A DNA stretch of 64,000 nucleotides, taken from contig JBHHVL010000007.1 of the NCBI GenBank assembly GCA_046754245.1, forward strand, positions 3,981 through 67,980, given 5' to 3'. The DNA is from Candidatus Binatia bacterium (GTDB lineage: Bacteria > Desulfobacterota > Binatia > UBA1149). Under the pieces are notes generated by a model that worked only from the letters and a program-made list of their open reading frames with translations, was not told the DNA's origin and ran no database searches. Of the stretch, positions 54,066 to 63,807 are shown one piece after another; the stretch's first letter is position 1; the number at the start of each line of letters is the position of its first letter. The translations under genes and the position numbers were made by a program.

Positions 54066-54500
54066 TTGAAGACTACCGCCGCAAGCCTTTTCATCTCGAC
54101 ACTGTCTATTTTTTTCTCCCTCCCCATCCAGGGGGTGTGGGCCGGGGGTCAGACCGAATTGATCACCCCGGCTTTCAAATCGGTTAGCAAAGCATACGAT
54201 CCCAAACACACCCCCAAGATTACCGCCCCCAAAAAAGTAAAGGCCGGAGAGTGGTTCGACGTCACCATCGAGATCGGCCATGGGGAACGCCACCCGTCCC
54301 TCGTCGAGCACCACGTTCGCTCGATTACGCTCCTCAAGAACGACGTCGAACTCGTCCGCGCCTACCTACACCCGGTCCAGGCCTCCCCGAAGGTGACGTT
54401 TACCGTGGCCCTGGAGGAAACAGCGACCCTCAGGGTGCTCGAAGAGCCTACCCACTCGGCCGCGTGGGAGAGTTCGGTAGAAGTGGTTGTGAGTCAATAA
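54066..54500 (+). CDS. secreted superoxide-reductase-like (desulfoferrodoxin Fe-binding-domain-like) protein lacking the Cys ligand
   Basis: N-terminal signal peptide. KHTPKI and HPSLVEHHVRSITLL align with the SOR motifs EKHVPVI and HPxxxEHHIRYIEL. The C-terminal PTHSAAWE aligns with CNIHGLWE but has no Cys, and the whole protein contains no Cys. TTG start with a GGAGGA RBS. Confidence 0.55.
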   Translation: MKTTAASLFISTLSIFFSLPIQGVWAGGQTELITPAFKSVSKAYDPKHTPKITAPKKVKAGEWFDVTIEIGHGERHPSLVEHHVRSITLLKNDVELVRAYLHPVQASPKVTFTVALEETATLRVLEEPTHSAAWESSVEVVVSQ

Positions 54501-54554
54501 GGGCGTACCCCGGGAGGACGCGGAGTGGCTGGGGCCGAACGGAAGACGCTCGCC

Positions 54555-55259
54555 TCAGGGAAGCGGCTTCGCGTCCCACCGAATCTCAACGACCCTTCCG
54601 TCATCTGAGACCGGCGCAGTCATCCGCTTGACACCCAGGGTTTCGTGCCAGAGTTCGAGCGTATAGGTACCGACCGGCAACCCGGAGAAAGCGAAGGCCC
54701 CATCATCCGACGTCACCGCCGTGAACGCATGCGAGGCTATGGCGATCACCGCGCTCATCCAGTAGTGTACGCCACACTCGACCTTGATGATCTCGGGTTG
54801 ATCGAAACGCACAGGGATGACGGTTCCGTGGGTCTGGGCCTTGTTCAGCACCGGGTTCTTCCGGGAGCGGGTGCGGAAGCTGTGTAACAGACGGTCGGAA
54901 TTGAGCACCGATAGTTCCTGGCCGGGTGCGAGCAAAACCACGTGCGGCCGGAACACGCAGCCCAGCTGATCGATGACCGCGCTCGGCGCTGCGTCGAATG
55001 GCGGGGCCTCGGGCGGGTCGACAATCGTGACAATGGCGTTGGCCAACGCCCCATCCGACCCGATGACGAGACGCGGATCGGGGGTGCTCCCCCCTTTTCC
55101 GCATATCCAGGCGTCGACAGCCACCGACAGCGCGGGAAGCGGATCAACGTTCTCGCCCGCCCTCACCACGCCCCGGAGCTCGGAAGCCCGAGCGGCCGAG
55201 CCGGTAAACCCCGATACGAGGACGACCACGGAAAGAACAACTCGAAGGCGGCGGATCAT
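54555..55259 (-). CDS. hypothetical secreted protein (CarboxypepD_reg-like motifs; possible cupredoxin-like C-x2-H-x2-M site)
   Basis: Signal peptide MIRRLRVVLSVVVLVSGFTGSAARA. GAFAFSGLPVGTYTLEL resembles the carboxypeptidase-regulatory-like beta-sandwich motif. ECGVHYWM, with a His 36 residues upstream, resembles a type-1 copper site (pseudoazurin CTPHYAM). Last gene of the tad gene string. Confidence 0.45.
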   Translation of the reverse strand: MIRRLRVVLSVVVLVSGFTGSAARASELRGVVRAGENVDPLPALSVAVDAWICGKGGSTPDPRLVIGSDGALANAIVTIVDPPEAPPFDAAPSAVIDQLGCVFRPHVVLLAPGQELSVLNSDRLLHSFRTRSRKNPVLNKAQTHGTVIPVRFDQPEIIKVECGVHYWMSAVIAIASHAFTAVTSDDGAFAFSGLPVGTYTLELWHETLGVKRMTAPVSDDGRVVEIRWDAKPLP

Positions 55260-55299
55260 GCGCCTCTATTATCGCGCGTTCGCCGCTGGCGTGTCGAGA

Positions 55300-56226
55300 C
55301 TACGGCATCGCCGAGCGCAGCTGCATGATCGCCGGCCCGAGAATCACCAGAAACATGGTGGGAAATATGAAGAACACCAGTGGAAAGAGGAGCTTCACCG
55401 CAGCCTTGTTGGCGCTCTCCTGCGCCCGCTGCCGCCTTTGGGTCCGGGATTCGGCGGCGTATATTCGAAGGGCGTCGGCTACGTTGGTACCGAGTTTGTC
55501 GCTCTGGATCATGAAAGCAGCCAGGGCTCGGAGATCCTCGACCCCGTTGCGATCGGCGAGATTCTGAAAGGCCTCCTCACGGTTGCGCCCGGCCTGAAGC
55601 TGATAGTTCATCAGTTTCAGTTCACTGCCCATCACGTCACCACGGTTCCGTGATCTTTCATCGCCCACCCTCTTGATCGCAGCGTTCAACCCCAACCCCG
55701 CCTCTACGCATAGAATGAGCATATCGATGACATCGGGGATGGATTTGGTGATGGCCTCCTTGCGCTTCGCAGCCCTCATCGACACCACCATACGCGGAAG
55801 CAGGTAGCCACAGATGGCGCAGGACGAGGCCATCGAAAGAATCTTGCCCCCTTCGACGCCCTGGAGGAACATCACCAACGCGGCGCAGCCCCCCACCGCG
55901 ACCCCAGCAGCGTAAGTCGCGCCAGTGTACAGCGCGATCGCCCGTTCTCCGCGCCAGCCCGCTGACGAGAGCAGGGCCACCGTACTGCCATTCCCGTTCT
56001 TGTCGCCCTTCATTCTTTCCTGTAACCAGTCCCCCGCGTCGGCGACCAACCTGGCGACTACGGTTCGATCGTCCTGGTCATTCTCGCCTGGCGCCACGGC
56101 CGTGGACCCCGATACCACGGCGAGACGCCTGGCCGCAGCCCTCTGGTAGCCGATGATCATCATCACACCCGAGAACAGCAGTGCGCTTGCCACCGCAACG
56201 CCAAGGGAAATTAACACAGTCGCCAT
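55300..56226 (-). CDS. tadC: Flp pilus assembly protein TadC (T2SS-F domain)
   Basis: Polytopic membrane protein with a GspF-like domain, located downstream of tadB. Confidence 0.8.
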   Translation of the reverse strand: MATVLISLGVAVASALLFSGVMMIIGYQRAAARRLAVVSGSTAVAPGENDQDDRTVVARLVADAGDWLQERMKGDKNGNGSTVALLSSAGWRGERAIALYTGATYAAGVAVGGCAALVMFLQGVEGGKILSMASSCAICGYLLPRMVVSMRAAKRKEAITKSIPDVIDMLILCVEAGLGLNAAIKRVGDERSRNRGDVMGSELKLMNYQLQAGRNREEAFQNLADRNGVEDLRALAAFMIQSDKLGTNVADALRIYAAESRTQRRQRAQESANKAAVKLLFPLVFFIFPTMFLVILGPAIMQLRSAMP

Positions 56227-56235
56227 CGTTAGACC

Positions 56236-57201
56236 TCAGAAGGAAATGCGGCTTACCTTGCGGATGCAGATGAAACCTATCACCTCGAACACGGCCGCGA
56301 ACCCGAGAAGGGTGTGCCCCTGTTCGGTCGCAAACAAGGGCTTGAGGTAACTCGGCTGCATGACGCTTATGATGAGCGCCAGCGCGATAGGCAACAGACC
56401 TATGACGACCCCGGAAATGCGGCCTTCAGCGGTAAGAGACTTGACTTCCCCTTCCACCTTGAAGCGCTCGCGTATGGTTGAACTGATGTTGTCGAGAAGC
56501 TCGGTGAGATTACCACCTATCTCGAACTGGATGAGTACCGCCGCGATAAAGATTTCCAGGTTATCATTCACGACACGGTTGTTGAGGTTGTTCATCGCCT
56601 GTGCCACAGGCAACCCCAGACGGAGTTCTTCGACGGTATCTCGAAATTCCTCCGAGATCGGCTCCGGCATTTCTTCAGCCACGACCTGCATTGCTCTGTT
56701 CAGCGTGTACCCGGCTTGAAGAGAGTTCTTCATCATCGTCAGCGCGTCCGGCAGTTGTTTATCGAACGCGTCGAAACGCTTGCTCCGCTTACGCATGAGG
56801 CTCGCCACAGGCAAAGCAGCCAGCAATGAACCCGCCAGCAATCCGAAGATCGTGGAACCGTAAGCGTACTGCACAGCCACTACCCCGCCCAAGCCCATGA
56901 GCATACACCGTATGATCACGTCATCTGGACGTAGCCCCGAGCGAGATTGAACGAGCAACTTTTCGAGCACACGAACCACCGAGACGCGCTCGAGCAACTC
57001 GTTGATGAAGCTGACTTTGCTGAGCCTAACGTCCCGGAGAATACTCCGTTCGGCCTCCTCGTCGCTGCCAAGGACCGGATCATCGCGGAGGCGCGACAAC
57101 ACGGTCTCTCGTGTCTGGTTGCCCCGCAGCTTTACAAGCAGGCCGAAGGACACAGTCGCCACGGCAAGCGAGATGAACAGAGAAATCAGGACGGGTTGCA
57201 T
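56236..57201 (-). CDS. tadB: Flp pilus assembly protein TadB
   Basis: T2SS-F family; paired with tadC. Confidence 0.8.
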   Translation of the reverse strand: MQPVLISLFISLAVATVSFGLLVKLRGNQTRETVLSRLRDDPVLGSDEEAERSILRDVRLSKVSFINELLERVSVVRVLEKLLVQSRSGLRPDDVIIRCMLMGLGGVVAVQYAYGSTIFGLLAGSLLAALPVASLMRKRSKRFDAFDKQLPDALTMMKNSLQAGYTLNRAMQVVAEEMPEPISEEFRDTVEELRLGLPVAQAMNNLNNRVVNDNLEIFIAAVLIQFEIGGNLTELLDNISSTIRERFKVEGEVKSLTAEGRISGVVIGLLPIALALIISVMQPSYLKPLFATEQGHTLLGFAAVFEVIGFICIRKVSRISF

Positions 57202-58703
57202 GGTAGTTGCCTGAACGCGAAAAAGTCGCTGTCAAAATGGTGGCCGGTGGCTTCGAGCAACTCCGCACATTTCGGCCTGATGCCGCTGCATTGAAAATGC
57301 CCCTCTACCTTACCGTCCTCGCCAACGCCGGTGATCACGTACTCGAAGAGATCCTGACTTGTGATTATGTCTCCTTCCATGCCCACGATCTCGGTGATCT
57401 TCATCACTTTGCGGGTTCCATCACGCAGGCGGTTCTGCTGGATTACGATGTTTACCGCCGAGCTTATCTGCTGACGCATCGCGCGTACCGGTAGCTCGAT
57501 ACCGGCCATCAGGATCATCATCTCGAGTCGGATAAGGCAGTCCCGCGGCGTGTTGGCGTGTAGGGTCGTGATCGACCCATCGTGGCCGGTATTCATTGCC
57601 TGTAACATGTCCAGTGCTTCGCCGCTCCTCACCTCACCGACGACGATACGGTCCGGACGCATTCGCAGACAGTTGCGAACCAGGTCCCGGGAGGTGACTT
57701 CGCCCCGATTCTCGAGGTTGGGTGGCCTGGTTTCCAGGCGCACAACGTGCGGCTGCTGGAGCTGAAGTTCCGCCGCATCCTCGATGGTGACCACGCGCTC
57801 GTCCTCGGGAATGAAGCCGGAAAGACAGTTCAGCAGAGTCGTTTTCCCGGAACCGGTCCCGCCGGACACGATGATGTTCATGCGCGCATGGACGACCGCT
57901 TCCATGAAGCGCGCCATGTCGGGTGTGAACGAACCGAACGCGACGAGATCGTCGACTTTGAATGGGTCTTCGCTGAACCGACGAATCGACAACGAAGGGC
58001 CATCAAGCGCTACCGGAGGAATGACCGCGTTGACACGAGATCCATCGGGAAGACGAGCGTCAACCATCGGAGAAGACGCGTCGATGCGACGGCCAACCTG
58101 GGATACTATACGATCGATAATCTGGATGAGGTGCTCGTCATCCCGAAAGGACACCTCGGCCAACTCCAGCTTACCCTTCCTTTCCACGTATACCTGGCTG
58201 CTCGAGTTCACCAGAATGTCGGACACGGTCGGGTCGCGGATCAGTTCGTCCAGGGGCCCAAAACCCAGCACCTCGCTCGTCACTTCCGCGGTCAGCCGGT
58301 TGCGGTCCGCTCTAGAGAGAGGGACACCGTACTCGTCGAGCAGCTCGCCGATTATGGAGCGAATCTCGTCACGTATGCCGCCGAGACCGATCTCGCCAAC
58401 CGCGGCGAGATCCAATCGATCGATGAGATCGGTATGAATTCTGAGCTTGAGTTCGGCAATGGCCCCCTGGGTCTCCGCGCGTACAGCGGCAGACCCGTCG
58501 GCCTGCGAGGAACTGACTCGCCTGCGGGCGCTGGTACCCGTTTTGCGGTCCGGCATCGACGCGGCGACTTCCTGTGCGCCCTCACCCGGGGGAGCGGCGG
58601 TTCCGTTGGCAGCCGGACCTTGTCCATCGCCGCCCATTCCGCGGCCGTTCGAGACCGCCGGTGAGGACTGCTCTCTTTCCTTGATCCTTCCGAGAAGACT
58701 CAC
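57186..58703 (-). CDS. tadA: Flp pilus assembly ATPase CpaF/TadA
   Basis: Walker A (GGTGSGKTT) and the VirB11 / CpaF secretion-ATPase family. Confidence 0.9.
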   Translation of the reverse strand: MSLLGRIKEREQSSPAVSNGRGMGGDGQGPAANGTAAPPGEGAQEVAASMPDRKTGTSARRRVSSSQADGSAAVRAETQGAIAELKLRIHTDLIDRLDLAAVGEIGLGGIRDEIRSIIGELLDEYGVPLSRADRNRLTAEVTSEVLGFGPLDELIRDPTVSDILVNSSSQVYVERKGKLELAEVSFRDDEHLIQIIDRIVSQVGRRIDASSPMVDARLPDGSRVNAVIPPVALDGPSLSIRRFSEDPFKVDDLVAFGSFTPDMARFMEAVVHARMNIIVSGGTGSGKTTLLNCLSGFIPEDERVVTIEDAAELQLQQPHVVRLETRPPNLENRGEVTSRDLVRNCLRMRPDRIVVGEVRSGEALDMLQAMNTGHDGSITTLHANTPRDCLIRLEMMILMAGIELPVRAMRQQISSAVNIVIQQNRLRDGTRKVMKITEIVGMEGDIITSQDLFEYVITGVGEDGKVEGHFQCSGIRPKCAELLEATGHHFDSDFFAFRQLPCNPS

Positions 58704-58717
58704 TTACCGATCTCCGT

Positions 58718-59917
58718 TCACGAGAACATCCTTGCCAGTAGGCCACTCCTCTTGACCGGAGAACTCTCTGCCTTGCGCGCGCAGAGCCGGCCAGCGACGC
58801 ATTCGATGGCAGCGACGAGATCGCTCTCCGGATCGACTTCCGACAGTGGCTTGCCCTGTGTCACGGCTTCCGTGGCGGTGGTGTGGTCGTTTGGGAGCTG
58901 ACCGGACACGCTCAGCTTGAGCACCTCTGCCAGTTCGGCAGCCGTGATCCCCGCTTGATCAACCGCCCTGCTCAGTATCAGCCGTATGTTATCCTGCGCT
59001 ATCCCGAGGCGCTTGAAGGTGCCGAGCAGCCTCTGCATCGCTCGCACCGCGGGAACGGTGTTGTCCGTCAGCAGATAGATCGACTGAGCGTTTTCTAACG
59101 CCGGCAGAACCACCTCGCTCAGGTAGGGCGGCGTATCGACCACCACGTAATCGAACTGAGTCTGCAGGGCTTTGAGGATCCTTGCCACGTCGTTCCCGGA
59201 TATCGATTCGCTGTCCTCGAGCATGGGCGGAGGTGGCAATACGCGCATGCCGCTGGGGTGCTCATAAAGTGTCCCCTGCAGGAAGACCGGGTCCAGGGTC
59301 TCGACGCTCTCGATAACGTCGAGCACCGAATACGGATGGCGGAAATTGAGAAACACCGGCGTCTCGCCGTTCTGGAAATCGAGGTCTACCAACACGACCT
59401 TGAGCCCCGTCATGCGCCTGAGGGTTATCGCCAGGTTGATCGAGAAGGTCGTCACGCCGCTACCCCCATGAGGCGAGAACGCGGTGAGAATTCGATGCGG
59501 CCCGCTGTGACTTGGCGTCCGGCGCCGCATTTCGGCGAGCTTCACGAGGGGCCGCAGCAGATCAGCTGTGGAGCACTCCGGAGAGAACACGTCATCGGCA
59601 CCCGCACGAATCGCGTTTACTATGAGGTCGGCGTCTCGTGCGTCGGACACCACAAAGATCCCCAGCCCAGGATGTTGCTGGCGTAGCTTCGATACGAGGG
59701 CCAGCCCCTCACTTGCCCGCCTTCCTGCAAAAACGAACGCGGCCTCGGACCGGCAGCGCTCGACGCACTCTATCCCGTCCCCAATTCCCGCGTGTTCTAC
59801 GGACAGCTCGAAACCCGGCAGGGACGTCAACACCTCGACGAAGGAGGTCCGGTCTTCAGACCCCTGACCGATGATGATCGTCCTTATTTTTTCCCGGCTC
59901 ACGCTTCGTCGTCCCAA
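58718..59917 (-). CDS. tadZ: Flp pilus assembly protein CpaE/TadZ (receiver-like N-terminal domain plus MinD/ParA-like ATPase)
   Basis: C-terminal deviant Walker A (SPHGGSGVTT) in a ParA/MinD fold. Confidence 0.8.
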   Translation of the reverse strand: MGRRSVSREKIRTIIIGQGSEDRTSFVEVLTSLPGFELSVEHAGIGDGIECVERCRSEAAFVFAGRRASEGLALVSKLRQQHPGLGIFVVSDARDADLIVNAIRAGADDVFSPECSTADLLRPLVKLAEMRRRTPSHSGPHRILTAFSPHGGSGVTTFSINLAITLRRMTGLKVVLVDLDFQNGETPVFLNFRHPYSVLDVIESVETLDPVFLQGTLYEHPSGMRVLPPPPMLEDSESISGNDVARILKALQTQFDYVVVDTPPYLSEVVLPALENAQSIYLLTDNTVPAVRAMQRLLGTFKRLGIAQDNIRLILSRAVDQAGITAAELAEVLKLSVSGQLPNDHTTATEAVTQGKPLSEVDPESDLVAAIECVAGRLCARKAESSPVKRSGLLARMFS

Positions 59918-59924
59918 TTTCGCT

Positions 59925-61142
59925 CTACTCCTGCCTACCGACGACCTTGTCTTTGATGAGATCCAGAGCCTGCTGATAGTCCTTGCCCAAGGCAGCGGCT
60001 TTCGCCTGATTCTGCCCGACGCGCTTCACGACATGAGGCTTGACGACCATCACCAACTCGGTATTCTGCAACCTGTTCTCGCTACGGCGGAACAGCAGAC
60101 CAAAGATCGGAATGTCGCCGAGTAACGGCACCTTCGACTCGAACTCGCTCTCGGTTTCCTTAAGCAACCCGGCGATCACCAGACTCTGGCCGTCCGTGAG
60201 CCTGACGTTGGTCTCGGCACGCCGGCTGGCGAAAGCGGGAACCGTAAAACCGAAAAGCTCTACCCCCTGGGAGAAATCAGGCTGGCTGACCTCCGCGAAG
60301 ACCTGGAGATCTATGCTGCCATCCACTCCGACGTAGGGAACGAATTCGACCTTGGTACCAAACTCCTTGAAGTCAATGGATGTCTGTAGGTCCTGGGTGA
60401 TGACAATCGGAATCTCGCCTCCAGACAAGAAACTCGCCGTTTGGCCGCTCCTCGCGAGCAGCTTGGGCTCGGCGAGAATGTGAGCGAGGTTGTCGTCAAC
60501 CGAGGCTTTGAGAAAAGCCCCGATGTCGTTCTTGAAATCGATAACAGCAAGCGAAAGACCGCCCGCTAGGCTGACGGGAAAGGGTGGCTGCCCGGCTGCG
60601 GCGGGATGCTGGCCGAAAAGCGGAGCCGCACCGCCGCCTTGGGTTACGCCGCCAAACTGGCCGCCCATCGACCGTATGTCGAGACCCCGGCGATCGAGTT
60701 CACTGCGGTCGACCTCTGCCACTATAACCTCGAGCATTACCTGTTCATCCGCCTCCTCCACCACAACGACGTTGTAGAGGCTGTACTTACCGAGCGTGTC
60801 CCACACGATTACGGATGTTTCGCCGGCTTGCAGGCCGTTGACGAGAATCTGCTCAGGACTGACCAGAACGACATCGGCTGTCTCCTCGTCGGTAACCGCG
60901 ACCCTTTCGGCCTTGTTTTTGAAGTCCACGACGATCGACTTGCCCGCCATCACCCGCAGGACCTTGTCTCCCCGGGCGTTGAGCGAAGCAGCGTTGCTCG
61001 GCGAGACAGCCGAAACGAGCCTTGCCCGGTCAGCCGCGTGAGCGACGTCGCAAGGAACCAGCCACGAGGCGGCAAGCACCACGGCGACGCAAGAAATTCC
61101 AACGTCTGCCACAGAACGAAAACTTTTCATCACATCACGCAT
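59925..61142 (-). CDS. cpaC: Flp pilus secretin CpaC/RcpA
   Basis: Signal peptide, N-terminal pilus-assembly domain and C-terminal secretin domain (...VIAGLLKE...VPLLGDIPIFGLLFRR...). Confidence 0.85.
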   Translation of the reverse strand: MRDVMKSFRSVADVGISCVAVVLAASWLVPCDVAHAADRARLVSAVSPSNAASLNARGDKVLRVMAGKSIVVDFKNKAERVAVTDEETADVVLVSPEQILVNGLQAGETSVIVWDTLGKYSLYNVVVVEEADEQVMLEVIVAEVDRSELDRRGLDIRSMGGQFGGVTQGGGAAPLFGQHPAAAGQPPFPVSLAGGLSLAVIDFKNDIGAFLKASVDDNLAHILAEPKLLARSGQTASFLSGGEIPIVITQDLQTSIDFKEFGTKVEFVPYVGVDGSIDLQVFAEVSQPDFSQGVELFGFTVPAFASRRAETNVRLTDGQSLVIAGLLKETESEFESKVPLLGDIPIFGLLFRRSENRLQNTELVMVVKPHVVKRVGQNQAKAAALGKDYQQALDLIKDKVVGRQE

Positions 61143-61198
61143 AGTGCCTTACCTCGCTAAAAGACCTCGGTTCCCCATCACCAATCCCAAAATGCCGA

Positions 61199-61966
61199 TC
61201 AAAAACTGAGGCTCTGGACCTCTTTGCCGCGTATGAGTTCCACGCTCCGGCCGTTGTTTGATGCCCCGGCGAGCATCTCGTCCACGCTCCGTCCGAAGGT
61301 ACTTATCCAGGCGTTGTCCTTGTCGTTACGCAGCACGAAGTGCAGGTTCCCTTCGTTAGCCGCAAGGGTCAGTGTTTCGGCTTGACGCGGACTCACGTCC
61401 AGGGTGATCGTCTTGACGACCACCGGTTCGTCGTCGATCTGCTCGACCTCCTGGTCGATGGCTAGCACTTCGACTCCCTGGAGGATTATCTTGGATCGCG
61501 CTGGTTCCTCGTCCCGCTCACCAATGGTCACCAAGACGTCAACCTTGCTGTTCGGCGCGACGAATCCCGAAATTCCGGTGACCTCATTGACCCGGACCGA
61601 GATGGCTCGACGGCCTTTCGGGACCAGCATTGACAGCACGCTAGAACTCTTGTTCTTCGCGAGTTTTCCGTCGGTGACCGGCTCGTTCACCATGATGCCG
61701 ACTCGCGCGACTTTGCCGATGAGCTTCTCGGGGTCGGCGAATGTACCTTCAGGCACCGCGTGCGCCGGCCAGGCTACGATCTTTAGCTGTTGACTATCGA
61801 CGAGGTCGCCACGGCGTATAGGCACGGCGGCGACCACTACCTGGCTTTGTTTCAGTTCGGGATCGGTCATGCCGCGCGACTTCTCACTGAGATAAGAAAA
61901 AGTCAGCAGCCCGGCGAATGCGGCGAAACACAGTCCGGTTGCTATCAGAACCAAAGGCTTGCCCAT
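61199..61966 (-). CDS. cpaB: Flp pilus assembly protein CpaB/RcpC (SAF domain)
   Basis: N-terminal transmembrane helix plus SAF / CpaB domain. Start placed at the ATG at 61966 (GGAGGG RBS) rather than the ORF-track ATG at 61981. Confidence 0.8.
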   Translation of the reverse strand: MGKPLVLIATGLCFAAFAGLLTFSYLSEKSRGMTDPELKQSQVVVAAVPIRRGDLVDSQQLKIVAWPAHAVPEGTFADPEKLIGKVARVGIMVNEPVTDGKLAKNKSSSVLSMLVPKGRRAISVRVNEVTGISGFVAPNSKVDVLVTIGERDEEPARSKIILQGVEVLAIDQEVEQIDDEPVVVKTITLDVSPRQAETLTLAANEGNLHFVLRNDKDNAWISTFGRSVDEMLAGASNNGRSVELIRGKEVQSLSF

Positions 61967-62499
61967 GGAATAACCCTCCATCCATTCCCGATCAGCGCGG
62001 CTGCCATACCGATGGCCAGCAACAAACCGTAGGGAACGGTCTCAACCCCGGCACTCTGCGACAACCTCTCGGGCCTCACACCAGACGCCAGGGAAAAAAG
62101 GTCACCGTACAACCGCCGGAAAGCCTCGCGAGCGCGCCCTCTCACCAGCAGGGTAATGAGTCCCACTACCCCTCCCAGCAAGACGCCGGCCGCCAGACCC
62201 ACCAAGAGCAGGCGATAACCGAGAAACGCTCCCGCAGCCGCCGTAAACTTCACGTCACCGCCGCCGACCAGTCCGGCCGCAAACGGTAGCAACAGGAGCG
62301 TCAGTCCAACCACCCAACCTGCAGCGGCGAAGCACAATCCGTCCAGCCCGCCGCCTACGAAATGAAGCCACAGACCTATCACGGTGGCCCCCAGATTCAG
62401 GCGGTTCGATATCCTACGCGAACGTAGGTCTGACAGACCCGCGATCGCCAAGAACGCCAGTACAGTCGCCACCACCACCCTATTCATCACGACATCCAT
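61945..62499 (-). CDS. tadV: prepilin peptidase CpaA/TadV (A24 family)
   Basis: Polytopic membrane protein with a conserved Asp pair (...DLRSRRISN... and ...GGGDVKF...). Confidence 0.8.
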   Translation of the reverse strand: MDVVMNRVVVATVLAFLAIAGLSDLRSRRISNRLNLGATVIGLWLHFVGGGLDGLCFAAAGWVVGLTLLLLPFAAGLVGGGDVKFTAAAGAFLGYRLLLVGLAAGVLLGGVVGLITLLVRGRAREAFRRLYGDLFSLASGVRPERLSQSAGVETVPYGLLLAIGMAAALIGNGWRVIPWASLWF

Positions 62500-62571
62500 G
62501 GCACTGCGCCGGCCGGGGTGAGTTCCGGACTTTACCCTACGGATTCCGCCCGGATCACCCCCAAGACCTGG

Positions 62572-62742
62572 TCAGTTTGCGGTCGACAGGGTGGTCGTAG
62601 CGTTGTTAAAGATCGCGATGATCTGGTCACGAAGCGCCGTGATCGCACCTATTGTCGCAACTGCTATCAGAGCCATGAGCAGAGCGTATTCCGCCATCGA
62701 GGCGCCCTGCTCATCGTTCCAGAGTGCTTTTATCAGCTGCAT
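62572..62742 (-). CDS. flp: Flp/Fap pilin (second copy; under 60 aa and absent from the ORF track)
   Basis: Manual translation gives MQLIKALWNDEQGASMAEYALLMALIAVATIGAITALRDQIIAIFNNATTTLSTAN (56 aa). Contains the Flp processing motif G/ASMxEYALL and is preceded by a strong GGAGGGAAGGA RBS. Confidence 0.8.
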   Translation of the reverse strand: MQLIKALWNDEQGASMAEYALLMALIAVATIGAITALRDQIIAIFNNATTTLSTAN

Positions 62743-62975
62743 TGTCCTTCCCTCCTCATCATTAGTTGAAAGATCCGTTGAATTTCCCTCACCTCTTCGT
62801 CCACCACCCTAACCAGCAAGCGTTATGCCACCTCCCCCGCCGCCAAGCGCCCGGCAATTTCAGCCTTTTCTTCCGCCGGCCCTGCCGGCTCGCGCCAAAG
62901 GCGGACAAATCTGAGCGGAGTGCGCTACTTTTTTAGCGGGCGAGTGCTGTGTCCCCTGACTCTTGGGACCACCGG

Positions 62976-63131
62976 CTAGAAGATATCCAGCGATTCAAAC
63001 ACCTCGAAGATCTGCTGCTGGAAAGCCGTGACCGCACCGATCGTGCCCAGTGCGATCATCGCTAGCAGGAGAGCGTACTCTGTCATCGAAGCCCCCCGCG
63101 TATCTGCCAGTAGTAATCTGAAGAATCTCAT
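62976..63131 (-). CDS. flp: Flp/Fap pilin
   Basis: MRFFRLLLADTRGASMTEYALLLAMIALGTIGAVTAFQQQIFEVFESLDIF. Start at the internal ATG at 63131, preceded by AAGGAAAAGAGA. Confidence 0.85.
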   Translation of the reverse strand: MRFFRLLLADTRGASMTEYALLLAMIALGTIGAVTAFQQQIFEVFESLDIF

Positions 63132-63549
63132 CGCTTGTCTCTTTTCCTTTCGGCAACAACTCATTGGTCATCGCGACCGACATTTTCGATCACGATGGTC
63201 TTCAGCAATCGTTGTGCCAGGGGAAGGGAGAGCCATCAGTCGCAGAAAGATCAGTGCAGCGATGCACGCATTGGACAGCGATCGCAACTATGCGAGCAGG
63301 TCAGACCCCAGATCACTGTCCCCTGCTCAAGCGTCGGATTCGGGTCCGAGCGTCTCCGAAACGGAGAGGCTAAGACCAGAGATTACAACAGAAAAGCCTG
63401 CCTTAATCTTCTGATTTCACGCCCTTACGCAGCAGCAAAGTGGCTCCGCTCCAACAGACCATGAACCGGCAACCTTGTAGTTCGGCCAGGCAAACCCCAA
63501 CGCGCCCACTTACTCCGATCCGGCCGCCACGGTTGGCACAGTTCTTGGT

Positions 63550-63807
63550 TTGTATCCATACATGAGGTCGAGCCGTTCGAAAATGTCCACAGTAAGAGCT
63601 CCGCTGACGTCAGAGGAGCTGCAGGCCAAATCTCAGGATACGATGTTCCTCATCGTAGAACTCGCGGACGCCATACGCCGGGGAGTCGTTTACTACCGTC
63701 TGAACGGTAGTCCCCTGGACTCGCTCAACGACGTCATAGACGCGCTGGTTGAAGACGGTGAAGTGATCTTCGAAGACGATTCGGCCGACGGCCCGATAAG
63801 GCACTAA
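63550..63807 (+). CDS. hypothetical small acidic protein
   Basis: ORF encoding ...MSTVRAPLTSEELQAKSQDTMFLIVELADAIRRGVVYYRLNGSPLDSLNDVIDALVEDGEVIFEDDSADGPIRH. No clear SD sequence and the start is ambiguous (TTG/ATG). Divergent from the flp promoter region. Confidence 0.3.
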   Translation: MYPYMRSSRSKMSTVRAPLTSEELQAKSQDTMFLIVELADAIRRGVVYYRLNGSPLDSLNDVIDALVEDGEVIFEDDSADGPIRH

